This document shows positions 54,201 to 61,170 of a DNA stretch of 61,170 nt, piece after piece. Within the stretch, counting starts at the first letter, position 1, and each line of letters opens with the position of its first letter. Below the pieces are notes generated by a model. It saw only the letters and a list, made by a program, of their open reading frames with translations, made no database searches and was not told the origin of the DNA. Position numbers and translations under genes: made by a program. Source of the stretch: a virus (Duplodnaviria; Caudoviricetes); the IMG/VR virus record IMGVR_UViG_3300026039_000012, positions 1 to 61,170 of that record. One strand, written 5' to 3'.

Positions 54201-54981
54201 TGATGTTGATCCCGGTCTTGAACGGCTTGAAAACGTCCGGGGCCAGCTTGGCGGACCAGTCTTCGTATTCATCCTTCAGCTTGATTAGGTCGAGGGTGAA
54301 CGCCCGGACAGCCGGAGGCATGCCCTTCAGCGCTTCCTGATATTTCTTCTGCTCCTGCTTGACTGCCTTGGTCGTCTGACCGACATTCTCCTGTGTCGCC
54401 TCGTACAGGGTCAGGGCATCGGTTACGTTCTCCAGCTGGGGCTTCGCTGCCTGGACGAACGCCACGACGCCCAGCTGAGCGCCGAACATCCCTGCCCCGA
54501 GTGCGGCAGTCGAGGCAGTCAGCGCCGCCAGCGGTGGCCCTATTGCCCCCAGACCGGCAGTAGCAACTGCGAGTCCAGTCCCGACACCCTTGAGCTTGGT
54601 GTATGTCCCTCCGAGAGATTTCTTGAGCTTCTCGTTCTCGGTGACCGACTTCCCGATGCCCTTGACGAATCCCGTTGTTGACGAAACCGCAGTCTTCAGG
54701 CTGTCGCGTACGGAGTCGGTAGCTCGGATCAAGCCGGACATCTTCGTCTTGGCCGTGTCGAGCACGGTCAGCTTCGAGAAGCCCTTGGCCAGTGATGTCG
54801 AGAGATTCGACGAGAGGTCTTTCCCGAGGGACTTAGTCCCTTCGAGAAGACCGGAGTTCAGCGCGTCGGCCAGCTTCCGTCCGGCACGCTTGGTGCCGGA
54901 GGAAGCCTGCCGATCAATGTCCTTCTCTACCTTCGAGGCGTCGGCCCGGATGACGATGGTTGCGTCACCGTATGTCGGCAT
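51211..54981 (-). CDS. Tape measure protein with C-terminal NlpC/P60 peptidase domain
   Basis: 1256 aa, Ala-rich and helical; NPIG..I...AYKNSETFR; periodic Trp repeats; LGIPYLWGG...DCSGF...HV motif. Confidence 0.92.
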   Translation of the reverse strand: MPTYGDATIVIRADASKVEKDIDRQASSGTKRAGRKLADALNSGLLEGTKSLGKDLSSNLSTSLAKGFSKLTVLDTAKTKMSGLIRATDSVRDSLKTAVSSTTGFVKGIGKSVTENEKLKKSLGGTYTKLKGVGTGLAVATAGLGAIGPPLAALTASTAALGAGMFGAQLGVVAFVQAAKPQLENVTDALTLYEATQENVGQTTKAVKQEQKKYQEALKGMPPAVRAFTLDLIKLKDEYEDWSAKLAPDVFKPFKTGINIIRTILPQLSPLVRGTAGVFEEFAQSVLKASKSDEFFTWVADFSAAAGYTLANTLETVKNLFVGVLAILHAFAPASSEVSGGLVTLSASFRDWAMSLEGSQGMEDFLAFGQQSGPMLKNLGSAFLQIMKAMEPFAGSMLITANAFSVLVANTPAPVIAALAQAFVAASVAARLYAPVATAVKTALDIGGVATKTVTGVGQFTAGLFSAKAAASEASGTIGTLGGKVRDTGAALVSATASAFKWAAAQTAMSVATAASTTKLVIQQTAMKLIHGATLAWTAAQWLLNTALIGNPIGIVIAVIVALVAAIVVAYKNSETFRNVVQAVWSTVKSAISSVVSWVTSTAVPALSGAWSAIWSALKTVASAISSAWNSVWSTLKTVGSWVVNTLAPWFKTFQATLEFVFKAIIILIKAWWELSVKPTFTAATAGLKALGAVFTWLYDNAVKPAWNAIKSLVTATCTALKTQWTTVVQPALKSLGAVFKWLYDSAIKPAWNSAKSLVQSVCSSLKTLWTSTVQPALKALGSAFSSLYNSVIKPVWNSIKSAVSGAWSAIKPVFSAMKIGVAAVKTAFGAARDGIRTAWNSLEGIAKKPIKFMINTVLNKGLIKAFNWLGAKVGGPHIDNIPLPFAKGGVLPGYTPGRDVHQFYSPTGGLLALSGGEAVMRPEFTKAVGGPKGVDRLNTLARSGELSGDFAGGGVIGRGSRSGGVHHYLGGGVIDWIKKQGSNAFDWVGDKASAIWQAFKNPIKYFASKVPTMTGTGVVKDLAGAARVELVDSSVDKVKSMFDTFNKAYSAGGGVKFAKMKTWINDHLGIPYLWGGTGPRYDCSGFTQAASKAGGVSIPRTAKEQQKASKRIAGSAIRGGDLAFNGSPAHHVMMALGGGKWAQAPHSGDVTKISTLGTTSFTNFGRTFAGGGVWKPPVFDNGGILPPGVSAVSNRTGRPESLIPTDQLPVGDTNISIQLSLEDLAQLKTLDDFLEMLKGTRGRKRRTARSGTVTA

Positions 54982-55061
54982 TCCGAGCCTCCCGGGTTAG
55001 CGTCGTACAGCAGACACATCCCCGTCGTCCCAGACCACGAGCGTACTGGGTGTGATCACGT

Positions 55062-55349
55062 TTACCCCATGAGCGCAGCCTTGACGTCGTGGAACGCCGC
55101 CATCTGAGACTCCACTGACCAGGGTCCCGTCGTGGCCACTTCTCCCTGGGGCGGCATGTACAACTTGATCTCGATCTTCTGTCGCTCAGCGTCATCTCGA
55201 TCGCGCATGAGCCAGAACCAGATCAGGTTGACGAACCGCTCAGGGTCGAGGTCGTTCTCCGGGTCAATGCCTTGCGACGCTGCCCACCCGTCGAAATCCC
55301 TCCAGAACTGATCAGCAGTGCTGACCAGGCGAAGAACTACCCAGTAGGG
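55062..55349 (-). CDS. Tail assembly chaperone, -1 frameshift extension (gpGT-like)
   Basis: Open frame with no start codon at its 5' end, PYWVVLRLVSTADQFWRDFDGW...ERFVNLIWFWL...AALMG*, overlapping the end of the upstream chaperone at GAC CCT ACT. Confidence 0.68.
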   Translation of the reverse strand, partial: PYWVVLRLVSTADQFWRDFDGWAASQGIDPENDLDPERFVNLIWFWLMRDRDDAERQKIEIKLYMPPQGEVATTGPWSVESQMAAFHDVKAALMG

Positions 55350-55876
55350 TCCCCGCCGCCCGCCCGAGCCATGAGCGCCTTGATCAGCTCGGTGATGTGC
55401 TCCAGGTCCAGGTCGTCGTCGTCGTCCTCCATGCGAGAGATGATCTCGTCGCCACTGCCTCGGAACAGTCGACGAACGATCGCGTCGATCTGCTCGAACA
55501 TCTCGGCAGGCTTGCTCTCGTCGACCTTCTGGAGCTGCTCGAACATCTTCAGTGCCGAACGGATCTTCGGCGGAACGACCCAGTACCTCACGCTGACCAG
55601 CTCGACGAGAACCGGCTTCCGCTGCTTGCTCTTCCGATCGCCGAAGACCAGCGCCGGTTCGGAGGTTGTCATCCGAGCGGCGGCTGGAGATCCCGGGGGT
55701 GCGAGATCTATCAGTGGAGGCTCTGCACTCTCCGGAGCAGGGGGCTGAAGCTCCACGACCGGAGGCTGAGCCGGGCGTGTCGCGACCCCGATCGGGGCAC
55801 CTGCTGCGACCACAGCAGGAATGGGGTGGAAGTCCTGCTCTTCTGCCTCTTCCTCAGAAATCAGGTGCTCAGCCAT
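55337..55876 (-). CDS. Tail assembly chaperone (gpG-like)
   Basis: Upstream of the tape measure gene; IISRMED...LDLEHITELI..L...G.DPT ending. Confidence 0.72.
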   Translation of the reverse strand: MAEHLISEEEAEEQDFHPIPAVVAAGAPIGVATRPAQPPVVELQPPAPESAEPPLIDLAPPGSPAAARMTTSEPALVFGDRKSKQRKPVLVELVSVRYWVVPPKIRSALKMFEQLQKVDESKPAEMFEQIDAIVRRLFRGSGDEIISRMEDDDDDLDLEHITELIKALMARAGGGDPTG

Positions 55877-56150
55877 TGAGACCCTTCTCCTTCAGGTAGG
55901 TCACGCGCCGTGCCCTGACAGCGCAGTCCTTGGCCGTCAGGAGGTTCCGAAGTCCCTGAAGGACTTCCTGGTTGTACGGGGTGTAGGACGCCATCCACCA
56001 GGCCAGTTCGGAGAATCTCCGAGAGACAGCCTGGAGATATGCAGGTAGGTGGGCGTACGCGAAGTGCTGAAGAATCTCAGCGATATCCGGATGCAGGCTC
56101 TCGGTGTCGGTCGGCTCTGCCGACTCACCTGGCCCCGTTGTGTCGGTCAT
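55869..56150 (-). CDS. Small helical-hairpin protein, paralog 2
   Basis: QHFAYAHLPAYLQAVSRRFSELA...GLRNLLTAKDCAVRA. Confidence 0.75.
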   Translation of the reverse strand: MTDTTGPGESAEPTDTESLHPDIAEILQHFAYAHLPAYLQAVSRRFSELAWWMASYTPYNQEVLQGLRNLLTAKDCAVRARRVTYLKEKGLNG

Positions 56151-56154
56151 GATC

Positions 56155-56592
56155 TCACTGTAGGTGCTCTCCAGGTTCCGGCAGGAAGTCCCGCACCGAG
56201 AGAGCGTTGTACGCCGACCGCATGAAGTGGTGAGCGGGGATTCCCTTCGTGCTCATGCAGAAGACGTAGAAGCTTTTCCCACGTGGCTGGAACCTCAGCG
56301 CCTTCGCCTTCCGGGGGAAGATCGGACCAACTCCGTCCTCCTGCCAGTCGACGATCTTGAGCGGAGATCCGACCTCGTACGTCGTGATCAGGCCCGCCGG
56401 CCCCCTCCGCTGATTCCCGATGCTGGCAATCATCCGACCTGTCCGCTGTAGCCCCTTGTCACGAGCAGCCTGCCTGGCGCGGTTCTGTGTGACACGCGCT
56501 GCTCGGTGTGCTGCGTCGTCAGAGATCCTGACGATCTCCCCGTGAAGTGTCTGCCGTAGCCGCAGTCTGGTTGTCGATCTGGACGTGAACAC
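56155..56592 (-). CDS. HK97 gp10-like neck/tail-completion protein
   Basis: RTGRMIASI...VGS...DG..PIFPRKAKALRF...GIPAHHFM..A. Confidence 0.7.
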   Translation of the reverse strand: MFTSRSTTRLRLRQTLHGEIVRISDDAAHRAARVTQNRARQAARDKGLQRTGRMIASIGNQRRGPAGLITTYEVGSPLKIVDWQEDGVGPIFPRKAKALRFQPRGKSFYVFCMSTKGIPAHHFMRSAYNALSVRDFLPEPGEHLQ

Positions 56593-56968
56593 CGTTGTCG
56601 TCCCCCTTCAGGTCGTTGATCCTGATCTGCTCAGACTCTTCGTCTGCTGTCGGCTTCCCCCCAGCCTTCGACGCTGCGATCTTCGCTGCATGGAACTCTT
56701 CGCGAGTCGGGACGTGCCTGGTCTTCAGAGGCTTCTCCGGCTTCCCTCCACCGTTGCCGTTCGGCTTCCCTCCGCCGTTGCCGTTCTGACCGGATGAGAC
56801 GACCGGCTGTGGACGGAGAACGCCTGTATCGACATATCGAGAGAGCTTCTGAAGTTCTGCCGAAGTCACCCGGATGACGTCACCAGGACGACCTTGAGGG
56901 CACGTCTTGAGGATCAGGACAGTGACGGTGTCTGCCTGAGGCTTCTCGACCGGGTTGCTGCGTGCCAT
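56519..56968 (-). CDS. Hypothetical protein with NGNGGGKP duplication
   Basis: AGGAGGA RBS; 24-bp tandem repeat near 56738-56786. Confidence 0.55.
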   Translation of the reverse strand: MARSNPVEKPQADTVTVLILKTCPQGRPGDVIRVTSAELQKLSRYVDTGVLRPQPVVSSGQNGNGGGKPNGNGGGKPEKPLKTRHVPTREEFHAAKIAASKAGGKPTADEESEQIRINDLKGDDNGVHVQIDNQTAATADTSRGDRQDL

Positions 56969-56980
56969 GACGTTCCTCCT

Positions 56981-57448
56981 TCAGCACCCGCATGGGGTGG
57001 CGATGAACACGACTCGGAAGGTCCACTCTCCTCCGGCGCAACCTCCGCTCGGCCCCAGCGGGAGGTAGTTCACGAGCGTTAGCCGATCGACGAGACCTGA
57101 GACCGTGCACGTCAAGACCTGCTCCAGCACGCTCGCGTCTGTCAGGACGTCGATCGCGTCAGCCGTCAGCTGGTCCGACGTCGGAGGATTCCCTGCATCG
57201 TCGAGAGACGCCACACAGCGGATCAGGCCCAGCCCGAGGTGAGCCTTCCAGCCGGCGGGAGCACACGCAGATGACGAGCTGCCCGCCGAAACCGGCTCCA
57301 GGTGAATCAGCCGGAGAGCCAGCTGCCCGTCGCAACAGTCGTCCCAGGCAACTTCGGTCCCCGGCTGAACGAACGCTCGTTCGGGGGTCGGAGTGATCCC
57401 TGCCTGAGCGGCATTGAGGATGGCCTGGAGCAGGTCTGGGAGCGTCAT
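56981..57448 (-). CDS. Tail terminator-like protein
   Basis: PG.EVAWDDCC.GQL...GLIRC...PLGPSGGCAGG motif of cluster B-type neck genes. Confidence 0.65.
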   Translation of the reverse strand: MTLPDLLQAILNAAQAGITPTPERAFVQPGTEVAWDDCCDGQLALRLIHLEPVSAGSSSSACAPAGWKAHLGLGLIRCVASLDDAGNPPTSDQLTADAIDVLTDASVLEQVLTCTVSGLVDRLTLVNYLPLGPSGGCAGGEWTFRVVFIATPCGC

Positions 57449-57455
57449 GAGGTCC

Positions 57456-58280
57456 TCACGTCGTCACAGGTGGATGACGCAAGATCGTAGCCGGGAGATC
57501 GACGCTCCGGACGGAACTGGGCATCGGCGGGTTGACGATCGACGAGACCCAGGAGTCCACGAGGTAGATGCCCGTTCGACCCTTGTCCAGGTCGTCAAAC
57601 CCGTCGAGCACGGCCATCGAGATCCCCTGGCGGGTGATCGACCGGACCCGCTGAGGGAGCTGACACCCAGAGTCTCCACACAGTGCCTTCGCCAGCTCCA
57701 GCGCGAACACCCCTGCAGCGATCTGCCCGCCGACAGGAACAGGGTGGCCGATCGAGTACGACACTGACCAGGTGCCGACTTCGGTATCAGGTAGTTCGAG
57801 GTTCTGAGTTGCCGGCCAACTCGAACCGTCGAGACGCAGCAACCGGCCGTTGTCCAGAGACCAGTTCACCTCGGGGAAGTCCACTCCGTCGATCGTGACA
57901 GCGCTGACGCTCACGACAGGTCCCGGCAACTTCACGGAGGTCATGCCCGTGCATGTGCACGTGCCGATAGCCCCGCACGTCCCACATGCGACGAATGCCG
58001 ACACGTCTCCGCCGGAGAGAACCCACTGAGAGACCGGGCTGGAGTGCCACGACATGGACCCTCCGGAGTACGGACCCCATCCCCAGAACGAGGACTGGTA
58101 GCACGTCCTCTGCGGTCGAGCGACGATCGAGCAGACACCGAACGCGCGATTCGTCCACCGCCACAACAGCTCGACGGCCATCTCCTCGATCATTGCTCGG
58201 TCTGTCGGATCGAGCTGATCAAGTGCCGCAGTGGAGGGACAGCCGATGTACGCGGCTGGCCAGTTACAGGGTCCGGCCAT
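57456..58280 (-). CDS. Head-to-tail adaptor
   Basis: GPCNWP...AVELLWRWT..FGVC...LPGPV..V..VTIDG...WP..QNL...CQLPQRVRSITRQGI...TGI..VDSWV; start at MAGPC. Confidence 0.75.
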   Translation of the reverse strand: MAGPCNWPAAYIGCPSTAALDQLDPTDRAMIEEMAVELLWRWTNRAFGVCSIVARPQRTCYQSSFWGWGPYSGGSMSWHSSPVSQWVLSGGDVSAFVACGTCGAIGTCTCTGMTSVKLPGPVVSVSAVTIDGVDFPEVNWSLDNGRLLRLDGSSWPATQNLELPDTEVGTWSVSYSIGHPVPVGGQIAAGVFALELAKALCGDSGCQLPQRVRSITRQGISMAVLDGFDDLDKGRTGIYLVDSWVSSIVNPPMPSSVRSVDLPATILRHPPVTT

Positions 58281-58294
58281 GACGGACATCCTTC

Positions 58295-58624
58295 CTACGG
58301 AGTGGCGGGGACTTCGAGGTTCGGAGTGACCTTGATCAGCTCCAGTGACTCTGTCGGAGCTGTGGTCTGAATCCCGTCCTTCTCCAACTTGATCACTCCA
58401 CTGTAGGTGCCGGGGGCGAGAGTCCCCGTCAGCCCATGGGTGAGCACTCCCAGCGCGGGGTCCCCGACAACCGTCACGTCCAGCTCGGTGACGACCCCTG
58501 CGCGGGAGCTGACCAGCATCGTGGCTGTGACTCCGGTGAGCGAGACAGGATCGCCTGTCACTCGATCCGTCAACGTGAACGTCACGTCGTGCGTGTCGCC
58601 CTCTTTCACGGTCAGCATCAGCAC
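58295..58624 (-). CDS. Small BppU-like beta-sandwich structural protein
   Basis: VKEGDT...TLTD..TG.PVSLTG.TA...G.Y.G...T.P pattern. Confidence 0.6.
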   Translation of the reverse strand: MLMLTVKEGDTHDVTFTLTDRVTGDPVSLTGVTATMLVSSRAGVVTELDVTVVGDPALGVLTHGLTGTLAPGTYSGVIKLEKDGIQTTAPTESLELIKVTPNLEVPATP

Positions 58625-61170
58625 GACCCTCCTGGGGTGATGTCGAGAAGTGGGCCGGTGGACGCGAGGTCGAGCAGGGGGCCCGCGGAGACGACATCGA
58701 GCAAGGGGCCTGACGCCTCGACGTCGATGATCCCAGGCCAGCAGAAATCCGGGGTGAAGATCTCACCGGAGGCTGTCGCTTCCAGGACGAGCAGAGCCTC
58801 AGCCAGCCCCGGGATGTACGGACTGCCGGAGGCTGTCGCTGTGAGAGAGAGCGACGCAGACCCGGACCCGTACTGATCGACTTCTCCCGACGCCTGGGCG
58901 AGTAGCTCCAGGGCAGCGAGAGCCACCCCGTACGCGGAGATGACCCCGACTGCTGTGGCCTCCAGCGACAGCGGAGCAGTGGCCTGACCGGAACGGCCGA
59001 TGACGCCGACAGCAGTCGCCAGCATCGACAGGGAGGATTCGGCTCTACCGGTGACGACTCCCCGGCCAGAGGCCGACGCACCCATCGTCAGGGAAGCGCT
59101 GGCAGATCCTTCCAGGTCCGCAGACCCCTGGGCTGTGGCAGTCAGGGCAAGGGGGGCGACCGCGTGTCCCCGGAGAACGGCCGACCCTTGAGCTGTCGCA
59201 CTCATCGACAGGTCGGCCGTCGCCGTACCGAGCAGGCCAGACGCTCCGGACGCCTGAGCCGTGAGGGAGAGGCCAGCCGACGCCGTTCCCGTCAGGCTCC
59301 CCGAGCCCGATGCCGTCGCCGAGAGGGTGAGGTCTGCCGACCCTGAGCCGACGTCCGGCTGTTGACCGGAGGCTGTCGCGACAAGGGTGAGATCTGCTGT
59401 CGCTGATCCTGCGAGGGACCCAGACCCGGTGGCTGTCGCTGAGAGGGAGAGATCTGCCGTGGCCCGCCCGAGACCAGCGCTCTCACCTGAGGCTGTCGCC
59501 GTGAGCAACAGGTCGGCGGTGGCGGTCCCTGCCAGAGAGGACGATCCGGAGGCCGACGAGGAGAGGCCGAGCTGGGCCAGGCCACTGCCCAGCACGGACC
59601 CCGAACCAGACGCCGTAGCCGCCGCCGTCAGCGCTGCCAAGGCACTGCCGACGATGACCTCTCGACCGCCCGCAGCCGCCCCAAGGACGAGCTCGGCCAG
59701 AGCCGACGTCGCGTACAGGGTGCCAGATCCCGAAGCCGTAGCGGTCAGCGAGAGGTCAGCAGAGGCCGACCCATCCCCCGCGCTTGCACCCACGGCTGTA
59801 GCCGTCAGTGTCAGGGAGGCAGACGCAGAGCCCGAAGCCGCACCAGATCCGGAGGCGACGGCACCCAGCGCCAGCGCTGCCTGGGCCTGCCCGTACTGCT
59901 CGATCTCTCCGGCTGCCTGAGCGTCGAGCGTGAGATCTGCCGAGGCCGAACCTGTCCGCTGCCCTGAGCCGGACCCGGTGGCCGTCAGCACGAGGTCAGC
60001 CGACGCACTCCCCGTGAGAGCGCTGGACCCGGACGCTGTCGCGGCGAGGGTCAGCCCCGCAGACGCCTGCCCAGAGACCTTCCCAGACCCCTGCGCTGTC
60101 GCTGTGAGCGAGAGGGCTGCGAGTGCAGAGCCGGAGGAAGAGCCAGACCCCGAGGCTGTGGCGCCGAGAGTCAGCGCAGCGGTAGCAGAGCCCTTGACCA
60201 CCTCGTGGCCGGACGCTGTGGCCCCGAAGGTCAGTGGTGCAAGAGCTGTACCCGAGAGAGATCCAGAACCCGAGGCAGTCGCTCCGAGCTGGAGAGCGGC
60301 CTCGGCAGTTCCCCGCAGAGTGGCCGATCCGGAGGCAGTAGCCGAGAGAGCAAGGGAAGTGGAGGCAGCGCCAGCCAGTGATCCAGCCCCGGACGCCGTA
60401 GCCCCAAGGGTGAGGCCCGCGAGAGCAGAGCCGTAGACGGTCGGGAGAGTCGCTGACCCCGAGGCAGTGGCCCCCAGGGAGAGCGATGCACTGGCAGACC
60501 CGGAGAGCTTCCCTGCGCCGGAGGCAGTAGCCCCGAGGGAGAAGTCAGCAGAGGCAGTTCCGTAGGTCGGAGGGACCGTTGCACTTCCGGAGGCTGTTGC
60601 CCCGAGAGAGAAGTCAGCCGCAGCAGAGCCGGTCGCGACAGTACGGGCCTTGACCTCGAAGACCATCTTCGAGTGGGTGAATGAGGCGCTGCCCGTCGCC
60701 CCGGTGTTCAGGGTGCCGGTCGCAGTCGAGTCTCCCGCCGAGACAGCGAACCGACCGACATTCGTCGAGGTCAGGGAGTGGTTACCGAGGATCGTCAGGG
60801 GGGCTACGGTCGTCAGCGTCAGCGTGTCAGACGTAACCGTGGAGTACATGATCTTGCTGCCGATGGCACCGACCGTGAGGCTGAGCCGGTGGTCAGAGCT
60901 AGTCGCCCAGGTCGTGTACGACCCCCCAATGATGCTGGAGAGGTTGACTCCGGTCAGGACGTAGACGTCAAGACCGAGCCCGGGGTTCGTCGCAGCCGTG
61001 GCCGTCACGGTCATCGCAGCTGTTTCTGCGCTGATGACGGTGTAGTACGCGCGCATCGCGTACTGGTTGAGGATCGACGTCCAGGTGTGACCCTGGGAGT
61101 CGGTCATGTTGGTGATGGACCCGCCGGACGTCCATACCGCAGCGAACGCAACGACGACGGAATGCAGAGG
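58618..61170 (-). CDS. Long Ala/Gly/Ser/Thr-rich fibre protein with about 30 ~20-aa repeats (5' end beyond the window edge)
   Basis: Repeat unit G[ST]A[ST]AxL[ST]LxATASGSGxx; the frame is open to the window end. Confidence 0.8.
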   Translation of the reverse strand, partial: PLHSVVVAFAAVWTSGGSITNMTDSQGHTWTSILNQYAMRAYYTVISAETAAMTVTATAATNPGLGLDVYVLTGVNLSSIIGGSYTTWATSSDHRLSLTVGAIGSKIMYSTVTSDTLTLTTVAPLTILGNHSLTSTNVGRFAVSAGDSTATGTLNTGATGSASFTHSKMVFEVKARTVATGSAAADFSLGATASGSATVPPTYGTASADFSLGATASGAGKLSGSASASLSLGATASGSATLPTVYGSALAGLTLGATASGAGSLAGAASTSLALSATASGSATLRGTAEAALQLGATASGSGSLSGTALAPLTFGATASGHEVVKGSATAALTLGATASGSGSSSGSALAALSLTATAQGSGKVSGQASAGLTLAATASGSSALTGSASADLVLTATGSGSGQRTGSASADLTLDAQAAGEIEQYGQAQAALALGAVASGSGAASGSASASLTLTATAVGASAGDGSASADLSLTATASGSGTLYATSALAELVLGAAAGGREVIVGSALAALTAAATASGSGSVLGSGLAQLGLSSSASGSSSLAGTATADLLLTATASGESAGLGRATADLSLSATATGSGSLAGSATADLTLVATASGQQPDVGSGSADLTLSATASGSGSLTGTASAGLSLTAQASGASGLLGTATADLSMSATAQGSAVLRGHAVAPLALTATAQGSADLEGSASASLTMGASASGRGVVTGRAESSLSMLATAVGVIGRSGQATAPLSLEATAVGVISAYGVALAALELLAQASGEVDQYGSGSASLSLTATASGSPYIPGLAEALLVLEATASGEIFTPDFCWPGIIDVEASGPLLDVVSAGPLLDLASTGPLLDITPGGSC
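60714..61170. repeat. Diverged copy of 1..457; the last 80 bp are identical to 378..457
   Basis: Gap-free alignment at offset 60713. Confidence 0.9.

Noticed and set aside
57456-59081. 541-aa ORF as listed in the track
   Set aside because: Its first half overlaps two better genes out of frame; only the part from about 58280 resembles a head-tail adaptor.
60714-61170. Physical direct terminal repeats
   Set aside because: The copies are diverged except for an 80 bp match internal to the left end, which looks like an assembly overlap rather than genome termini.

Overview
The window looks like an essentially complete, circularly permuted ~60.7 kb genome of a tailed (siphovirus-type) phage of a high-GC actinobacterial host. 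Both ends fall in the same fibre gene, as two diverged copies. Almost all genes are on the minus strand. It carries a structural module of the mycobacteriophage cluster B (Rosebush) type: separate capsid hexamer and pentamer proteins, protease, MuF, portal, major tail, tape measure with NlpC/P60 and minor tails. It also has terminase subunits, a replication/recombination block (family A polymerase, RepB-like primase-helicase, SNF2 helicase, Cas4-like exonuclease, AAA ATPase, SSB, VRR-NUC), a WhiB, a split lysis cassette and many small accessory genes. No integrase is visible. Most notable: (1) a plus-strand Streptomyces-plasmid-type conjugation module (SpdB2/DUF2637-like membrane protein, TraB-type FtsK translocase and a repeat-rich candidate clt) under a copy of the phage's own promoter/operator, suggesting a phage that can move its dsDNA cell-to-cell without virions; (2) a ParB-N / TAGT glycosyltransferase / UDP-xylose-synthase cassette between terS and terL with no visible base-oxidising partner; (3) a 12-copy palindromic promoter-operator (TGTA-N7-TGT-AAC-ACA-N7-TACA) with a candidate RHH regulator; (4) three related CCCCC-TAC-GGGGG hairpins in opposite orientations, candidate priming/origin sites; (5) several paralogous small-protein families, some resembling nucleotide-signal sponges. 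All family assignments come from motif recognition by eye; no database searches were run.
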